Of a DNA stretch of 32,000 nucleotides, positions 1 to 10,131 are shown piece after piece. The translations under genes were made by a program, and so were the position numbers. The DNA is from Psychrobacter cryohalolentis K5 (GTDB lineage Bacteria > Pseudomonadota > Gammaproteobacteria > Pseudomonadales > Moraxellaceae), in assembly GCF_000013905.1 (NCBI RefSeq), contig NC_007969.1, forward strand, positions 2,160,001-2,192,000. Direction: 5' to 3'. Under the pieces are notes generated by a model. The model did no database searches. It was not told where the DNA came from and saw only the letters and a program-made list of their open reading frames with translations. Positions within the stretch are counted from its first letter, which is position 1; every line of letters starts with the position of its first letter.

Positions 1-161
1 TTAGGGATGCGTATACCGCGAAACTTAATCGGATAAAACAACATCTTGAGCGCCATCCAGACATGAATCCATGTCACAAATGCTGTCACCGGCGGAATGG
101 TAAGCATGGCAAAAAACTCAGGGTGCTCAGCGATTGTTTGCCACAATGAAGTTACATCCAT
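1..161 (-). CDS. DUF445-like membrane protein, N-terminal 53 codons only (gene continues past the left edge)
   Basis: ATG at complement 161-159. It reads MDVTSLWQTIAEHPEFFAMLTIPPVTAFVTWIHVWMALKMLFYPIKFRGIRIP with no stop to position 1. A hydrophobic helix followed by KMLFYP..F.G resembles DUF445 N-termini. It is absent from the ORF track only because fewer than 60 aa lie in the window. Confidence 0.45.
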   Translation of the reverse strand, partial: MDVTSLWQTIAEHPEFFAMLTIPPVTAFVTWIHVWMALKMLFYPIKFRGIRIP

Positions 162-298
162 GACTTTATGTATCCTTGCCGTGATAATCGATGTTGACCA
201 AATATTCTGAGCACATTAACAATGCTTAGCAATAAGAAGCCCTCTTCCCAATAACTACTACAAAATAAATCGCCTGATTTTAGCATACTTGCCATCCA

Positions 299-487
299 TT
301 AGCACATGTAGACCCTAGGCAAGTTGTGACTAGAGATGACACGTTTTACACTGCTACTGTGGCACAAAAAATCCTTAAAAAAATCTACTGGCGTATGACC
401 AGTAACCGATTTAATAACTACTTCTTTCGAATTTACTCGGTGATTAGATCCGTTGTGAAATGAGTCACCAACCACAGTCGTATGCAT
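299..487 (-). CDS. hypothetical small basic protein (62 aa)
   Basis: ORF-track entry. A strong Shine-Dalgarno AAGGTGG (complement of about 495-501) lies 7 nt upstream of the ATG. I recognise no family motif. It has the same orientation as the DUF445 gene downstream. Confidence 0.35.
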   Translation of the reverse strand: MHTTVVGDSFHNGSNHRVNSKEVVIKSVTGHTPVDFFKDFLCHSSSVKRVISSHNLPRVYMC

Positions 488-552
488 AATGATGCCACCT
501 TTTATAACAGCGATAAAATAAATGACTGTCTACTGCGTCATCGCTTTTGATC

Positions 553-561
553 TGTTATAAT
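553..561 (+). promoter_or_regulatory. candidate extended -10 promoter (TGtTATAAT) upstream of mrdA
   Basis: TG at 553-554 and TATAAT at 556-561. No good -35. It would give a leader of about 220 nt to mrdA. Confidence 0.3.
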
Positions 562-785
562 TTGCCGTTGTGGTTTGCGAGATGTTTGTAATCTATGATG
601 ATAATATTTCAGATATTAAATGCTTCTTATATCACGCTATGTTGTTGAAAGTCCTTAGCTTATCCTTTATGCTCACCTCGTTTTGTCTACATGATATTTG
701 ACATGGTCGACTGCTACTTTATAAATACCTCTTTTGATAACTTTTTGATTTATTGTCTCACTGACTGTTTGGGTACTGACTTTAT

Positions 786-2774
786 ATGAACAAACCGCTC
801 ACTCCTGATACCGAACAGGTCAATCGCATTTTTACCAGTCGCATTCTTATTCTTGGATTAATCATATTTGTGGGCTTACTAGGGCTAATAGTACGTTATG
901 GATTTCTGCAAGTTTTTGCTCACGATAAATATACGACCCAAGCAGACAACAATCGCATCAAATTGATTTCTGCCCCACCAAGTCGTGGTTATATTTATGA
1001 TCGCAACGGCGTTATCCTCGCTGACAATCAGCCGGTTTTTACCGCTATGCTCAGCCCTGATGAAGTCGAAAACCCTGAGCGTACCTTACAATTACTCGCG
1101 CCCATCTTTGATTTGACGGATGAAAATATCACCGATATTTTGGCGCGTGTGAGTAAAAGTAAAAATGATCCGGTAACCATCAAGATTGACTTAACCGAGG
1201 CGCAATTGGCGCAGTTTAGTGAACGCAAACCTTTTTTTCGCGGTGTTAGCATCCAAAGTAAGCTCACACGCTCATACCCTTATGATGAACTTTTTGCCCA
1301 TGTTATTGGCTATGTCGGACGTATTAACGACAAAGAATCGAAGAGAATCAATAAAGATCGCTATGCCGGTACCGACCTTATCGGTAAGATTGGGATCGAA
1401 GATTATTACGAAGATATTTTACTTGGACAACCCGGTTATCAGTCAGTAGAAACCAACGCGCACGGCAATGTGCTACGTCAACTTGATACTAAGCCACCAA
1501 TCGCCGGCAACGACATCACCTTAAGTTTAGATTATGGGTTGCAGGTTGTGGCGCAGCAGCAGCTTGATGGCAGGCGCGGTGCCATTGTGGCAATAGACCC
1601 CAAAACCGGCGATGTACTAGCCTTTGTCAGTAATCCAAGTTATGACCCAAACCCCTTCATCTCCGGCATCTCATTTAAAGACTATGATGATCTGCGTGAA
1701 GATTTGGATCAGCCGCTTTATAACCGTGCCCTACAAGGCACTTATCCACCGGGTTCAACTATCAAGCCCTTTGAAGCCCTAGGCGGTATTCATTATGGTC
1801 TACGTAACTGGGAAACCACTATCTACGACCCAGGTTATTTTAGCCTGCCAGGTGACTCCCACCGCTTTCGTGATTGGAAAAAAGGTGGTCATGGTACCGT
1901 CGATCTCAAAAAATCCATCGTGATGTCAGTCGATACTTATTATTATAAATTGGCGTATGAGATGGGCATTCAGCGCTTACATGACTGGATGGTACGTTTT
2001 GGCTTCGGCGAAGAAACTGGCATTGACTTGCCCAATGAAAAATCCGGAATTATGCCTTCACCAAAATGGAAAAAAGACACGTACGATAAGGGTTGGTTGC
2101 CGGGTGAGACCATCTCTGTCAGTATTGGTCAAGGCTATTTCTTAGCGACGCCACTACAGATTGCCAATGCAACGGCCATGACAGCGAGTAAAGGTCTTCA
2201 TATTACTCCGCATCTCTTAAAGAGTAGCGACGGTGCAGCAGCAGTCGATGTCATCACCAAACCGGATGGCAAGATTGATTATAATGGCAAACCCTCTGAT
2301 TGGCTGCGTATGCATGATGCTATGGAGCAAACGGTCAAAGCCGGTACTGGACGCGGTATATACACACCGCGCTATCGTATCGCCGGTAAAACGGGCACCG
2401 CGCAAGTAAAATCCATTGCTCAGGGTAAAAGCTATAACAAATCCGCGCTGGATAAGCGCCACTGGGATCACGCTTGGTTTAATGGCTTTGCGCCAGTAGA
2501 GGATCCACAAATCGCCCTAGCGGTATTGGTCGAAAACGGCGGTGGCGGTAGTGTCGTTGCTGCGCCTATTGGGCGAGCCTTGTTTGATTATTGGGTATTA
2601 CAGCGCGACACCAATCCTATTTTGCCGCCCACTGCTGATCAGCTAAAGGTTATTAAACGGCAAAAAGCATTTGAGAAAGCCATGCGTGATGCGATACGTG
2701 AAAAAGAATACAAAGCACTAGAAGCCGCAAAAGAACAGGCTCAAACCGCTACAACGACAGCGACTTCTGACTAA
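786..2774 (+). CDS. mrdA: penicillin-binding protein 2 (elongation-specific peptidoglycan D,D-transpeptidase)
   Basis: 662 aa with an N-terminal TM helix (ILILGLIIFVGLLGLIV). Transpeptidase motifs are SxxK (STIKP), SxD (SVD) and KTG (KTGTA). There is a charged C-terminal tail of about 60 aa. Confidence 0.93.
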   Translation: MNKPLTPDTEQVNRIFTSRILILGLIIFVGLLGLIVRYGFLQVFAHDKYTTQADNNRIKLISAPPSRGYIYDRNGVILADNQPVFTAMLSPDEVENPERTLQLLAPIFDLTDENITDILARVSKSKNDPVTIKIDLTEAQLAQFSERKPFFRGVSIQSKLTRSYPYDELFAHVIGYVGRINDKESKRINKDRYAGTDLIGKIGIEDYYEDILLGQPGYQSVETNAHGNVLRQLDTKPPIAGNDITLSLDYGLQVVAQQQLDGRRGAIVAIDPKTGDVLAFVSNPSYDPNPFISGISFKDYDDLREDLDQPLYNRALQGTYPPGSTIKPFEALGGIHYGLRNWETTIYDPGYFSLPGDSHRFRDWKKGGHGTVDLKKSIVMSVDTYYYKLAYEMGIQRLHDWMVRFGFGEETGIDLPNEKSGIMPSPKWKKDTYDKGWLPGETISVSIGQGYFLATPLQIANATAMTASKGLHITPHLLKSSDGAAAVDVITKPDGKIDYNGKPSDWLRMHDAMEQTVKAGTGRGIYTPRYRIAGKTGTAQVKSIAQGKSYNKSALDKRHWDHAWFNGFAPVEDPQIALAVLVENGGGGSVVAAPIGRALFDYWVLQRDTNPILPPTADQLKVIKRQKAFEKAMRDAIREKEYKALEAAKEQAQTATTTATSD

Positions 2775-2810
2775 CATATTCAGTATAGAGTAGATAACTA
2801 AGCTAATTTT

Positions 2811-3497
2811 ATGAAAAAATCTTCAAGCGCGCGTAAGCCTAGTAAAAACCAAAAAACCAAATCTACTGCAGCTGGTGATGTACGTATTATCGGTGGTCAG
2901 TTTAAACGCCGTATCGTACGTTTTATTGATGCAGAAGGATTACGTCCGACCCCAGACCGGCTACGTGAGACCTTATTCAATTGGCTGATTTCTGATATTC
3001 ATGACGCTCAAGTGCTCGATAGCTGCGCCGGTAGCGGCGTCTTAGGTTTTGAAGCCTTATCGCGCGGTGCTGCTCATTGTATTTTTATCGAAATGAATGC
3101 CGCCCAAACTCAAATGCTACGCCAAAGTGCCGAGATGTTACGTCTTGATAGTGACAGCCATAAAATCATTCAGGGTACAGCCGAACAAGTTCTACAACAA
3201 AAGCAGCTTGTAACGCGTCCCTTTGATATTGTTTTTATAGATCCACCTTATGCTAAGGATTTATGGCAATCTATTTTGACCACTTTGTTTACCCAAGATC
3301 TAATCAATACAGACACGCTTATCTACCTAGAAGCGGATAAAGATTTAGATGAGCAATTGAGCCAACTGGCAACGGTTTTTAATACCACGCTAGCGCTGCA
3401 AAAAAACGATGAATCACAAACATTGTATTTTGATTGTCTGAAACAGACCAAAGTTGGACAAGTTGTTGCTGGACTTTATCGCCTATTATCGTCATAA
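2811..3497 (+). CDS. rsmD: 16S rRNA (guanine966-N2)-methyltransferase RsmD
   Basis: RIIGGQFKRR N-terminal signature, SAM motif I (DSCAGSGVLGFEALSRGA) and the catalytic DPPY motif (VFIDPPYAKD). Confidence 0.85.
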   Translation: MKKSSSARKPSKNQKTKSTAAGDVRIIGGQFKRRIVRFIDAEGLRPTPDRLRETLFNWLISDIHDAQVLDSCAGSGVLGFEALSRGAAHCIFIEMNAAQTQMLRQSAEMLRLDSDSHKIIQGTAEQVLQQKQLVTRPFDIVFIDPPYAKDLWQSILTTLFTQDLINTDTLIYLEADKDLDEQLSQLATVFNTTLALQKNDESQTLYFDCLKQTKVGQVVAGLYRLLSS

Positions 3498-3609
3498 TTG
3501 TCCGGTTAATGAATTCTGTTAATAAAATTTATAAATGTTTAAAACCGCTAAAAAACTGGCCAACGCTGCAGTTTAATGTATATAAGGCGAAAATAAACCC
3601 CAATGCAGC

Positions 3610-3638
3610 TTGCAAGCGTAGGCGCTACTGCTTATAAT
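3610..3638 (+). promoter_or_regulatory. sigma70 promoter of rplM-rpsI
   Basis: TTGCAA (3610-3615), a 17-bp spacer, then TATAAT (3633-3638), about 70 nt upstream of the rplM ATG. Confidence 0.55.
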
Positions 3639-3708
3639 GTGCAGTCTGTTTTTTGAGAGCCCCGTTCCCAGCTAAACTCTCAACGAATTCTAATTTTAAG
3701 GTTTTATC

Positions 3709-4137
3709 ATGAAAACACTTAGTGCAAAACCAGCTGAAGTGACCCATGACTGGTATGTCGTAGATGCTGACGGCAAAACCCTTGGTCGCTTAGCCACTCA
3801 AATCGCTACTCGCTTACGTGGCAAGCATAAGCCATCTTTTACGCCGCACGTTGACACTGGTGACTTTATTGTTGTCATCAACGCTGACAAAATCACGGTA
3901 ACGGGTAAAAAAGCGCAAGATAAAAAGTACTATCGTCACAGTGGCTACCCAGGTGGTATTAAAGAAACCAACTTCAGTAAACTGCTTGCACATAAGCCTG
4001 AAGATGTTCTACACAAAGCGGTTAAGGGTATGCTTCCAAAAGGTCCTCTTGGCTATGCGATGATCAAGAAGCTGAAACTTTATGCGGGTACTGAACATCC
4101 ACATGAAGCACAGCAACCTAAAGCACTAGACATCTAA
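3709..4137 (+). CDS. rplM: 50S ribosomal protein L13
   Basis: 142 aa. [25 protein letters not shown] is the canonical L13 N-terminus. AAGG SD lies upstream. Confidence 0.97.
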   Translation: MKTLSAKPAEVTHDWYVVDADGKTLGRLATQIATRLRGKHKPSFTPHVDTGDFIVVINADKITVTGKKAQDKKYYRHSGYPGGIKETNFSKLLAHKPEDVLHKAVKGMLPKGPLGYAMIKKLKLYAGTEHPHEAQQPKALDI

Positions 4138-4147
4138 GGATACACTT

Positions 4148-4534
4148 ATGGAACGCAATTACGGAACTGGTCGCCGCAAAACTTCTACCGCTCGTGTCTT
4201 TTTAGCGAAAGGTACTGGTAGCATCGTTGTTAACGGCAAACCACTTGATGAGTATTTCAGTCGCGAAACGTCGCGCATGGTTGTTCGTCAGCCTTTAGAA
4301 TTACTTGACACACCTACTGCTTATGACCTTTACATCACTGTAAAAGGCGGCGGTATTAGTGGTCAAGCTGGCGCAATCCGTCACGGCATTACGCGTGCAT
4401 TGATTGAGCTTGACGAATCTAACAAACCTGCTCTAAAAGCAGCTGGCTTTGTTACTCGTGATTCACGTCAAGTTGAACGTAAGAAATTGGGTCTACGTAA
4501 AGCACGTAAACGTCCACAATTCTCAAAACGTTAA
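4148..4534 (+). CDS. rpsI: 30S ribosomal protein S9
   Basis: 128 aa. [13 protein letters not shown] and the C-terminal [11 protein letters not shown] are canonical S9. It starts 10 nt after rplM. Confidence 0.97.
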   Translation: MERNYGTGRRKTSTARVFLAKGTGSIVVNGKPLDEYFSRETSRMVVRQPLELLDTPTAYDLYITVKGGGISGQAGAIRHGITRALIELDESNKPALKAAGFVTRDSRQVERKKLGLRKARKRPQFSKR

Positions 4535-4617
4535 TCAAAGCTATCTCTTATATTTCTGCAACTGTTGTCTTTATCTCAGAGCAACAGCTGCAGCATTAAA
4601 TATAAGAATAGATTTGC

Positions 4618-4657
4618 AAAACCTTATAAGCTGTCCGCAGCTTATAAGGTTTTTTTA
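4618..4657 (+). terminator. rho-independent terminator of rplM-rpsI
   Basis: Perfect 16-bp stem AAAACCTTATAAGCTG / CAGCTTATAAGGTTTT with loop TCCG, running into a T-run. Confidence 0.85.
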
Positions 4658-4798
4658 TGCCTGATGCTTTTATAAAAAACGATTTTCATATATAACTATC
4701 TTGCCTATAAATCTGTCTTAACAAAGTATAAATCACCTTGCAAAGTCTCGCTTACTACCCCATCATAATCATAACTTTTCATTACTAGTAACAGTCTT

Positions 4799-5890
4799 AT
4801 GAAAGCGCCTGAACAATACGATCCTAGCAAATCTGCCTCAAAGAGCAGCATGCCGCCACCAAGTATACAGCCGCCTGCTAAGTCTCCGGCTCTACCTGTT
4901 GGCACACCGACGATTACCCAAACGCATAAGCAGACCGATCAAGCAGAAAAGAAACCTTTTGAATGGCAGTTTTTAATGCCTAAATATTGGGGTATTTGGC
5001 TATTATTTGCTATTTTTTTGCCGCTGATTTATCTACCGCTACGGTGGCAATTTTGGCTCGGTCGCAAGCTTGGTATTTTGATCTATAGTGTCGTAGGCTC
5101 ACGCCGCCGTGATACCTTAATTAACCTCAAACTGGCATTTCCAGAAAAGCCAGAAGTGGAACGTGAGCTCATGGCAAAACAAGTCTTTGTCAATCAGGGC
5201 ATTGGCGTATTTGAAACCTTATGCGCTTGGTTCCGCCCGAATGTTTTTACCCGCACTGTGTCTATCTCAGGGTTACAGCATCTTGTGAATGCACAAAATG
5301 AGGGTCGCGCGGTCATCTTATTGGGTGCCCATTATACGATGCTTGATCTAGGCGGTATGCTCTGTACCCAGTTCTTCCCAATGGATGGTATGTATCGTCC
5401 GCAAAATAACGCATTGCTTGATTGGTTCATTTATAATGGGCGCACAAGTATTCTGAGTAAACAAATCTCCAACCGTGATATGCGTAGCCTCGTTGGCTCT
5501 CTTAAAAAGGGTCGTGTGATTTGGTATTCACCGGATCAAGATTATGGTCTAAAACAAGGGGTCATGGCGCCATTTTTTGGTGTACCAGCAGCAACTCTGA
5601 CGGCAACGCGGCGATTGGCAACCTTAGGCAATAAAGTGCATCCACCAGCCGTAATGGCGCTGCATACTTATCGACAGACGCCAGATAATTTGCCAAGTGG
5701 CAAACGCCCCCATTATCATCTGACGATTACGCCAGAGCTGGAGAACTATCCAAGTGATAACGAAGTGGCTGACGCGACTCGCGTTAATGAAGTACTAGAG
5801 GGCTTGATTCGTATTGATCCCACTCAGTGGATGTGGTTCCATCGCCGTTTTAAAAATGTTCCCGAAGGTCGTAGAGATATCTATAAGTAA
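4799..5890 (+). CDS. lpxL: lipid A biosynthesis lauroyl/myristoyl acyltransferase (LpxL/HtrB family) with a Pro/Ser-rich N-terminal extension
   Basis: The FEWQFLMPKYWGIWLL segment matches the LpxL N-terminal membrane anchor (E. coli FSTALLHPRYWLTWLG). The acyltransferase core contains LLGAHYTMLD. An alternative start is ATG 4850. No in-frame start exists closer to the conserved core. Confidence 0.8.
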   Translation: MKAPEQYDPSKSASKSSMPPPSIQPPAKSPALPVGTPTITQTHKQTDQAEKKPFEWQFLMPKYWGIWLLFAIFLPLIYLPLRWQFWLGRKLGILIYSVVGSRRRDTLINLKLAFPEKPEVERELMAKQVFVNQGIGVFETLCAWFRPNVFTRTVSISGLQHLVNAQNEGRAVILLGAHYTMLDLGGMLCTQFFPMDGMYRPQNNALLDWFIYNGRTSILSKQISNRDMRSLVGSLKKGRVIWYSPDQDYGLKQGVMAPFFGVPAATLTATRRLATLGNKVHPPAVMALHTYRQTPDNLPSGKRPHYHLTITPELENYPSDNEVADATRVNEVLEGLIRIDPTQWMWFHRRFKNVPEGRRDIYK

Positions 5891-5923
5891 GCTTTTATTC
5901 CGACGAAAATCACTGGCAAAATT

Positions 5924-5932
5924 TGCTATAAT
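5924..5932 (+). promoter_or_regulatory. candidate extended -10 promoter (TGcTATAAT) upstream of trpS
   Basis: TG at 5924-5925 and TATAAT at 5927-5932, about 85 nt upstream of the trpS ATG. Confidence 0.35.
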
Positions 5933-6015
5933 TTACAGCTAATATTTTTTGCTATTATCAGCAGATAAATAATCATGAATTTATAATAATTTGATCAATA
6001 AATAACGGATTTCCC

Positions 6016-7101
6016 ATGAGTAATAATCAGATTTCTGACAGCCAACCTACTATTAATAGCTCAGCAGCCAAACGCATCCTTACTGGTATCAAACCGACTG
6101 GCACCCTACATCTGGGTAATTACGTTGGCGCGATTCGTCCAGCGATTCAGTCTATCCAAAACAGTGACGACGAAGCATTTTTCTTTTTAGCAGATTATCA
6201 CGGTATTATTGGTTGTTATGACCCTGATATTATTCATGAATCGACCAAAGCCATTGCAGCAACTTGGATTGCCTGCGGTCTTGACCCTGAGCGCGTGACT
6301 TTTTATCGTCAATCAGATGTGCCTGAAATCCCAGAACTTGCGTGGATATTGAACTGCTCATGTGCAAAAGGTCTCATGAATCGTGCGCACGCTTATAAAG
6401 CGTCAGTCGATATTAATATGGAAAAGGAAGATGTTGATCCCGATCAAGGTATTAACATGGGGCTGTTCGGCTATCCGGTACTGATGGCAGCCGATATCTT
6501 AATGTTCAATGCTACGCATGTGCCTGTTGGTCGTGATCAAATTCAGCATATCGAGATGGCTCGTGATATTGCTGGTACTTTTAATCATCGCTATAAGCCA
6601 CTGTTTACGCTACCATCTGCTGTTGTAGATGACGATATCCCACTACTCACAGGTCTTGATGGTCGTAAGATGAGTAAGAGCTATAGCAATACCATTCCCC
6701 TATTTGGTGATCTAAATCCACAAGTTAGTGCTGAAAAGCAGATGCATAAAGCCATCATGAAGATCGTCACCAACTCGCAGTTGCCTGCTGAGCCAAAAGA
6801 CCCTGATGACTCTGCTATTTTCGAGATTTATAAAGCCTTTGCAACGCCTACTGAGATTGCCGATATGCGTGCGCAGTTTGCCGCTGGTATTGGCTGGGGC
6901 GATGCCAAACAAGCGTTGTTTGATAAAATCAATGATGAAGTTGCCCCATTCCGCGCACGTTATGAGGAACTGATGGCAAATCCAAAAGAGCTAGAAGAAA
7001 TCCTACAGATGGGTGCAGAAAAAGCCCGCCGTCATAGTCGTAAGCAACTAGATAAGACCCGCCGCGCTATTGGTATCCGTCCACTTGCCAAACTTAAATA
7101 A
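6016..7101 (+). CDS. trpS: tryptophan--tRNA ligase
   Basis: 361 aa. Class I signatures are the HIGH-type TGTLHLGNY and an exact [16 protein letters not shown] and [12 protein letters not shown] are typical of TrpRS. Confidence 0.9.
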   Translation: MSNNQISDSQPTINSSAAKRILTGIKPTGTLHLGNYVGAIRPAIQSIQNSDDEAFFFLADYHGIIGCYDPDIIHESTKAIAATWIACGLDPERVTFYRQSDVPEIPELAWILNCSCAKGLMNRAHAYKASVDINMEKEDVDPDQGINMGLFGYPVLMAADILMFNATHVPVGRDQIQHIEMARDIAGTFNHRYKPLFTLPSAVVDDDIPLLTGLDGRKMSKSYSNTIPLFGDLNPQVSAEKQMHKAIMKIVTNSQLPAEPKDPDDSAIFEIYKAFATPTEIADMRAQFAAGIGWGDAKQALFDKINDEVAPFRARYEELMANPKELEEILQMGAEKARRHSRKQLDKTRRAIGIRPLAKLK

Positions 7102-7133
7102 ATTATTATTTACGATGACCATAGATTGCTATC

Positions 7134-8000
7134 ATGCAAAGTAAGCGATTAATTGAGTCTAGCGCAGAGATTCATGATATGTCTCTGCGTATCTATCAGA
7201 CGCCTATACAGCATTTGCCAGAAGATTTGTATGTGCCGCCACAAGCGTTTGCTATTTGGCTTGAGCAGTTTGCAGGGCCATTAGACTTTTTATTGTATTT
7301 GGTTAAGAAAAACAACGTTGATTTGACACGAATGCCGATATTACCGATTACAGAGCAGTATTTGGCTTATATCAGTGAATTGGACACCAATCATTTTGAG
7401 TTGGCCGGTGACTATCTACTAATGGCATCAACCTTGATTGCGATCAAGACTGAGTTGTTACTTCCTAAACCAGAAAAGCCTACCGATGAGCGCGATCCAA
7501 AAGCTGAACTGATTGAGCGTCTTGAAGAATACGCCCAAGTCAAAGCTGCCAGTCAACGTTTAGACAATTTAATTCGACTTGAGCGCGATGTGTTTTTGGC
7601 GATGGTCAGTATGCCAAGCCAAGACATTATGAATGCTGAGCTGCCAAGCTATTCACCTACTCTATTGATTGATAGCTTGTTTAAGATGCAGCTGCAACCC
7701 GACTATCAGATGCATAGCATCAAGGTCGATGCTGTGCCACTTGCTGATCGTATCGCTAGTATCAGTCGCCAACTGAGTATGGACGGCGCGCGCTCTTTTT
7801 ATGAACTATTAGATAAAACTCAAGGCAAAATAGGTGTGGTTGTCAGCTTTGTCGCGGTGCTTGAATTAATCAAGCGCCAACTGATTGGTGTGGTTGCTAA
7901 TAGTACGGACAATCATGTTAACACAGCAAATAACGCTGATATCAGCCTGCCCACTCATAACGATTTACTCGGAAAATTGACGTTAGAATGGTTAGCATAA
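7134..8000 (+). CDS. scpA: segregation and condensation protein A (kleisin ScpA)
   Basis: The FAGPLDFLLYLVKKNNVDLTRMPILPITEQYL motif is the ScpA N-terminal signature. It is followed directly by scpB. Confidence 0.85.
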   Translation: MQSKRLIESSAEIHDMSLRIYQTPIQHLPEDLYVPPQAFAIWLEQFAGPLDFLLYLVKKNNVDLTRMPILPITEQYLAYISELDTNHFELAGDYLLMASTLIAIKTELLLPKPEKPTDERDPKAELIERLEEYAQVKAASQRLDNLIRLERDVFLAMVSMPSQDIMNAELPSYSPTLLIDSLFKMQLQPDYQMHSIKVDAVPLADRIASISRQLSMDGARSFYELLDKTQGKIGVVVSFVAVLELIKRQLIGVVANSTDNHVNTANNADISLPTHNDLLGKLTLEWLA

Positions 8001-8057
8001 TCCTAACTGGCTTTATAGTAAGTCTAAAATCATTAAACTGAAGAAGATTATATTGAA

Positions 8058-8618
8058 ATGGCAGATATAGACGACCCTAAAGACCACCTACTATCTATTG
8101 AAGACATAAGTAAACAGATTGAAGTTTTACTTCATGCTTCAGAAGCACCCTTAACTACTAATCACTTAAAAAAACACTTATTCTTAACGACTAATAAGTT
8201 AGAGCAGGCACTAGAACTGCTAAAGCAACGCTTAAATCTTGGCGTATTAAGTTTGCATCATACTGCCAGTGGTTATCGTTTGCAAATCGCTGATAGCCAT
8301 AGCGCCTTAATACAGAATGTCTTTCCCCAGCGTCAAGAACGTCTCAGCCAAGCCTTGCTAGAGACTTTGAGCGTGATTGCTTACAAGCAACCGGTGACAC
8401 GTAGCGATATAGAACATGTGCGCGGCGTGACGCTATCGAGCAATATATTGCGTCAATTGTTTGATAAAGGCTGGATTGAAGAAAATGGTTACAAAGATAC
8501 TTTAGGGCGTCCGGCATTACTGCATACTACGTCTCAATTCTTAGATGCTTTTGGACTGAGCCATTTAGATGAGCTACCGCCCATGCCAGAGATAGACAGT
8601 ATCAGAGCATCCTCTTAA
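8058..8618 (+). CDS. scpB: segregation and condensation protein B
   Basis: IEVLLHASEAPL plus ETLSVIAYKQPVTRSDIEHVRGV and LGRPALLHTTSQFLDAFGL are the ScpB winged-helix signatures. Confidence 0.85.
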   Translation: MADIDDPKDHLLSIEDISKQIEVLLHASEAPLTTNHLKKHLFLTTNKLEQALELLKQRLNLGVLSLHHTASGYRLQIADSHSALIQNVFPQRQERLSQALLETLSVIAYKQPVTRSDIEHVRGVTLSSNILRQLFDKGWIEENGYKDTLGRPALLHTTSQFLDAFGLSHLDELPPMPEIDSIRASS

Positions 8619-8646
8619 ATAAATCCGATAAAATACTCTTGCTCAA

Positions 8647-8683
8647 TAAAAAAGGACACGCCTATTAGGTATGTCCTTTTTTA
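8647..8683. terminator. bidirectional rho-independent terminator between convergent scpB and lolA
   Basis: AGGACA / TGTCCT stem flanked by an A-run on the left and a T-run on the right. Confidence 0.65.
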
Positions 8684-8726
8684 TTATTCTAATCAGCTAG
8701 CTTAATGAATAAAATGCTGATCACTT

Positions 8727-9428
8727 CTACTGATTGATAATATCAACACCTTTTGGCGGGGTAAACTTAAACTGATTGCTGCTAATGCTTGGGTTCATTT
8801 TGATACCGCTAAATTTAATAGAAGTAGTCTGTCCTAAGCTATCATTTAACACCATCATCACAGGCTTGCCACCGCTAAAGCTCATTGATAAGCTTTTAAA
8901 GCTAGCACTATCTGACTTTGGATACAGCACATAGTAGTTTTTATTGGCATACGGCTGGGTGATTTTAAAGTTCTTATCAATTTTACTTGGATCACCTGAT
9001 AGTAATAGCGCTGGCGTATTACCCACTTGGCTGTCTACGTTTTGTTTAGTGGCTTGCTCCAAGTCCTTATCATAAACCCACATCGAGCTACCATTTGCCA
9101 CAATCAGCTGTTCTGACGGTGACTTGGTTTCCCAGCGGAAATTATTTGGACGTTGCACGCTCATGGTACCACTGAACGTACCACTATTAGCGCCTTTAGT
9201 CGTCTGGCTAAAGTTGGCCGTCATGCTCTTAGTATTGGTCAACAGCTTGTTTAAACGCTTAGCTGCCGTTATATTGTCAGCTGGCGCTGCCATCGCCGAT
9301 TGCGTTATCGCCATCATAGGCGCTGCGACGCCAAGCGTAGTCATTAAGACGCCTGCCAATGCTCCGCCCATCATCTTTTGTTTTAGCGTTGTTGTCTGTT
9401 TAGTTGATTGGTTGGTTAATAAAGTCAT
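8727..9428 (-). CDS. lolA: outer-membrane lipoprotein carrier protein LolA
   Basis: RPNNFRWET..P.EQLIVANGSSMWVYDKDLEQAT and NTPALLLSG are LolA signatures. A signal peptide ends AMA|AP. SD AGAGGA lies 7 nt upstream of ATG 9428. Confidence 0.88.
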   Translation of the reverse strand: MTLLTNQSTKQTTTLKQKMMGGALAGVLMTTLGVAAPMMAITQSAMAAPADNITAAKRLNKLLTNTKSMTANFSQTTKGANSGTFSGTMSVQRPNNFRWETKSPSEQLIVANGSSMWVYDKDLEQATKQNVDSQVGNTPALLLSGDPSKIDKNFKITQPYANKNYYVLYPKSDSASFKSLSMSFSGGKPVMMVLNDSLGQTTSIKFSGIKMNPSISSNQFKFTPPKGVDIINQ

Positions 9429-9692
9429 TATAAATCCTCTCTAAAAATGCAAAATAGCATAAAAATAAAACGTTTTATCAAATTTTTGTTTTCGGTAAAT
9501 GTTTATCATACGAGTACAAAACCGGTGTGATAAAACAATGAGGACAGTGTGCCAGTTTTTTTATTACGCGCCTAGTCATGATTTGCAATCATTACTACTG
9601 CTGGCATACAGGCTTGTAAATACAACAGTTACAAAGTAATAAATAGCCTTTATTCTAGTTTTAATCAGTGGTTAACATAAGCTTATAAGCAT

Positions 9693-9731
9693 AAAAAACC
9701 CCTACTACCAAACGGTAATAAGGGCTTTTTT
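9693..9731 (-). terminator. rho-independent terminator of rplU-rpmA
   Basis: 11-bp stem (CCCCTACTACC / GGTAATAAGGG, with two G-U pairs in the minus-strand RNA) flanked by A6 and T6 runs, about 45 nt downstream of the rpmA stop. Confidence 0.7.
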
Positions 9732-9779
9732 AGTCATCAAATTATTTTATCTAAAAGATAAAATAATCTAGATGGGCAA

Positions 9780-10037
9780 CTAGGCGCTTTCAACCATCAC
9801 ATAACGACGGTTAAATTTACCTTTGGTCGCAAACTTTACCACACCGTCATTTAGTGCAAATAAAGTATGGTCACGACCCATGCCAACACCTTCGCCGGCG
9901 TGGAATTCTGTACCACGTTGACGAACGATGATGTTACCAGCGACGATGGCTTGACCGCCAAATATTTTTACGCCTAGCATTTTTGGGTTTGAATCACGAC
10001 CGTTACGGCTTGAACCGGCAGCTTTTTTATGTGCCAT
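9780..10037 (-). CDS. rpmA: 50S ribosomal protein L27
   Basis: 85 aa. [27 protein letters not shown] is canonical L27. Confidence 0.97.
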   Translation of the reverse strand: MAHKKAAGSSRNGRDSNPKMLGVKIFGGQAIVAGNIIVRQRGTEFHAGEGVGMGRDHTLFALNDGVVKFATKGKFNRRYVMVESA

Positions 10038-10131
10038 GAGAAAATCTCCTTGTTAATGTGACTTATCGCTAATGCGACAACTCTTAAGCTTTTAGTGCGT
10101 TATTAATCATCAATAAACTGACAATCATTAA

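Noticed and set aside
786-3497. mrdA is followed by rsmD rather than by rodA (mrdB), and PBP2 has a charged C-terminal tail of about 60 aa.
   Set aside because: Uncoupling of mrdA and rodA is a known synteny variation, and rodA may simply lie elsewhere. The tail is low-complexity sequence that I cannot evaluate without alignments.
5891-6015. Possible leader or attenuator control upstream of trpS.
   Set aside because: I saw no T-box-like specifier or antiterminator structure, no Trp-rich leader peptide and no terminator hairpin. Only a plausible extended -10 promoter is present.
9124-9444. 106-aa plus-strand ORF overlapping lolA. Similar antisense or out-of-frame ORFs sit inside mrdA (1028-1267, 1219-1449, 1957-2145, 2217-2510), ispB (11087-11389), the RND genes, the kinase gene and the MFS gene.
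   Set aside because: All lie wholly inside well-supported genes, lack ribosome-binding sites and have no recognisable motifs. They are typical shadow ORFs.
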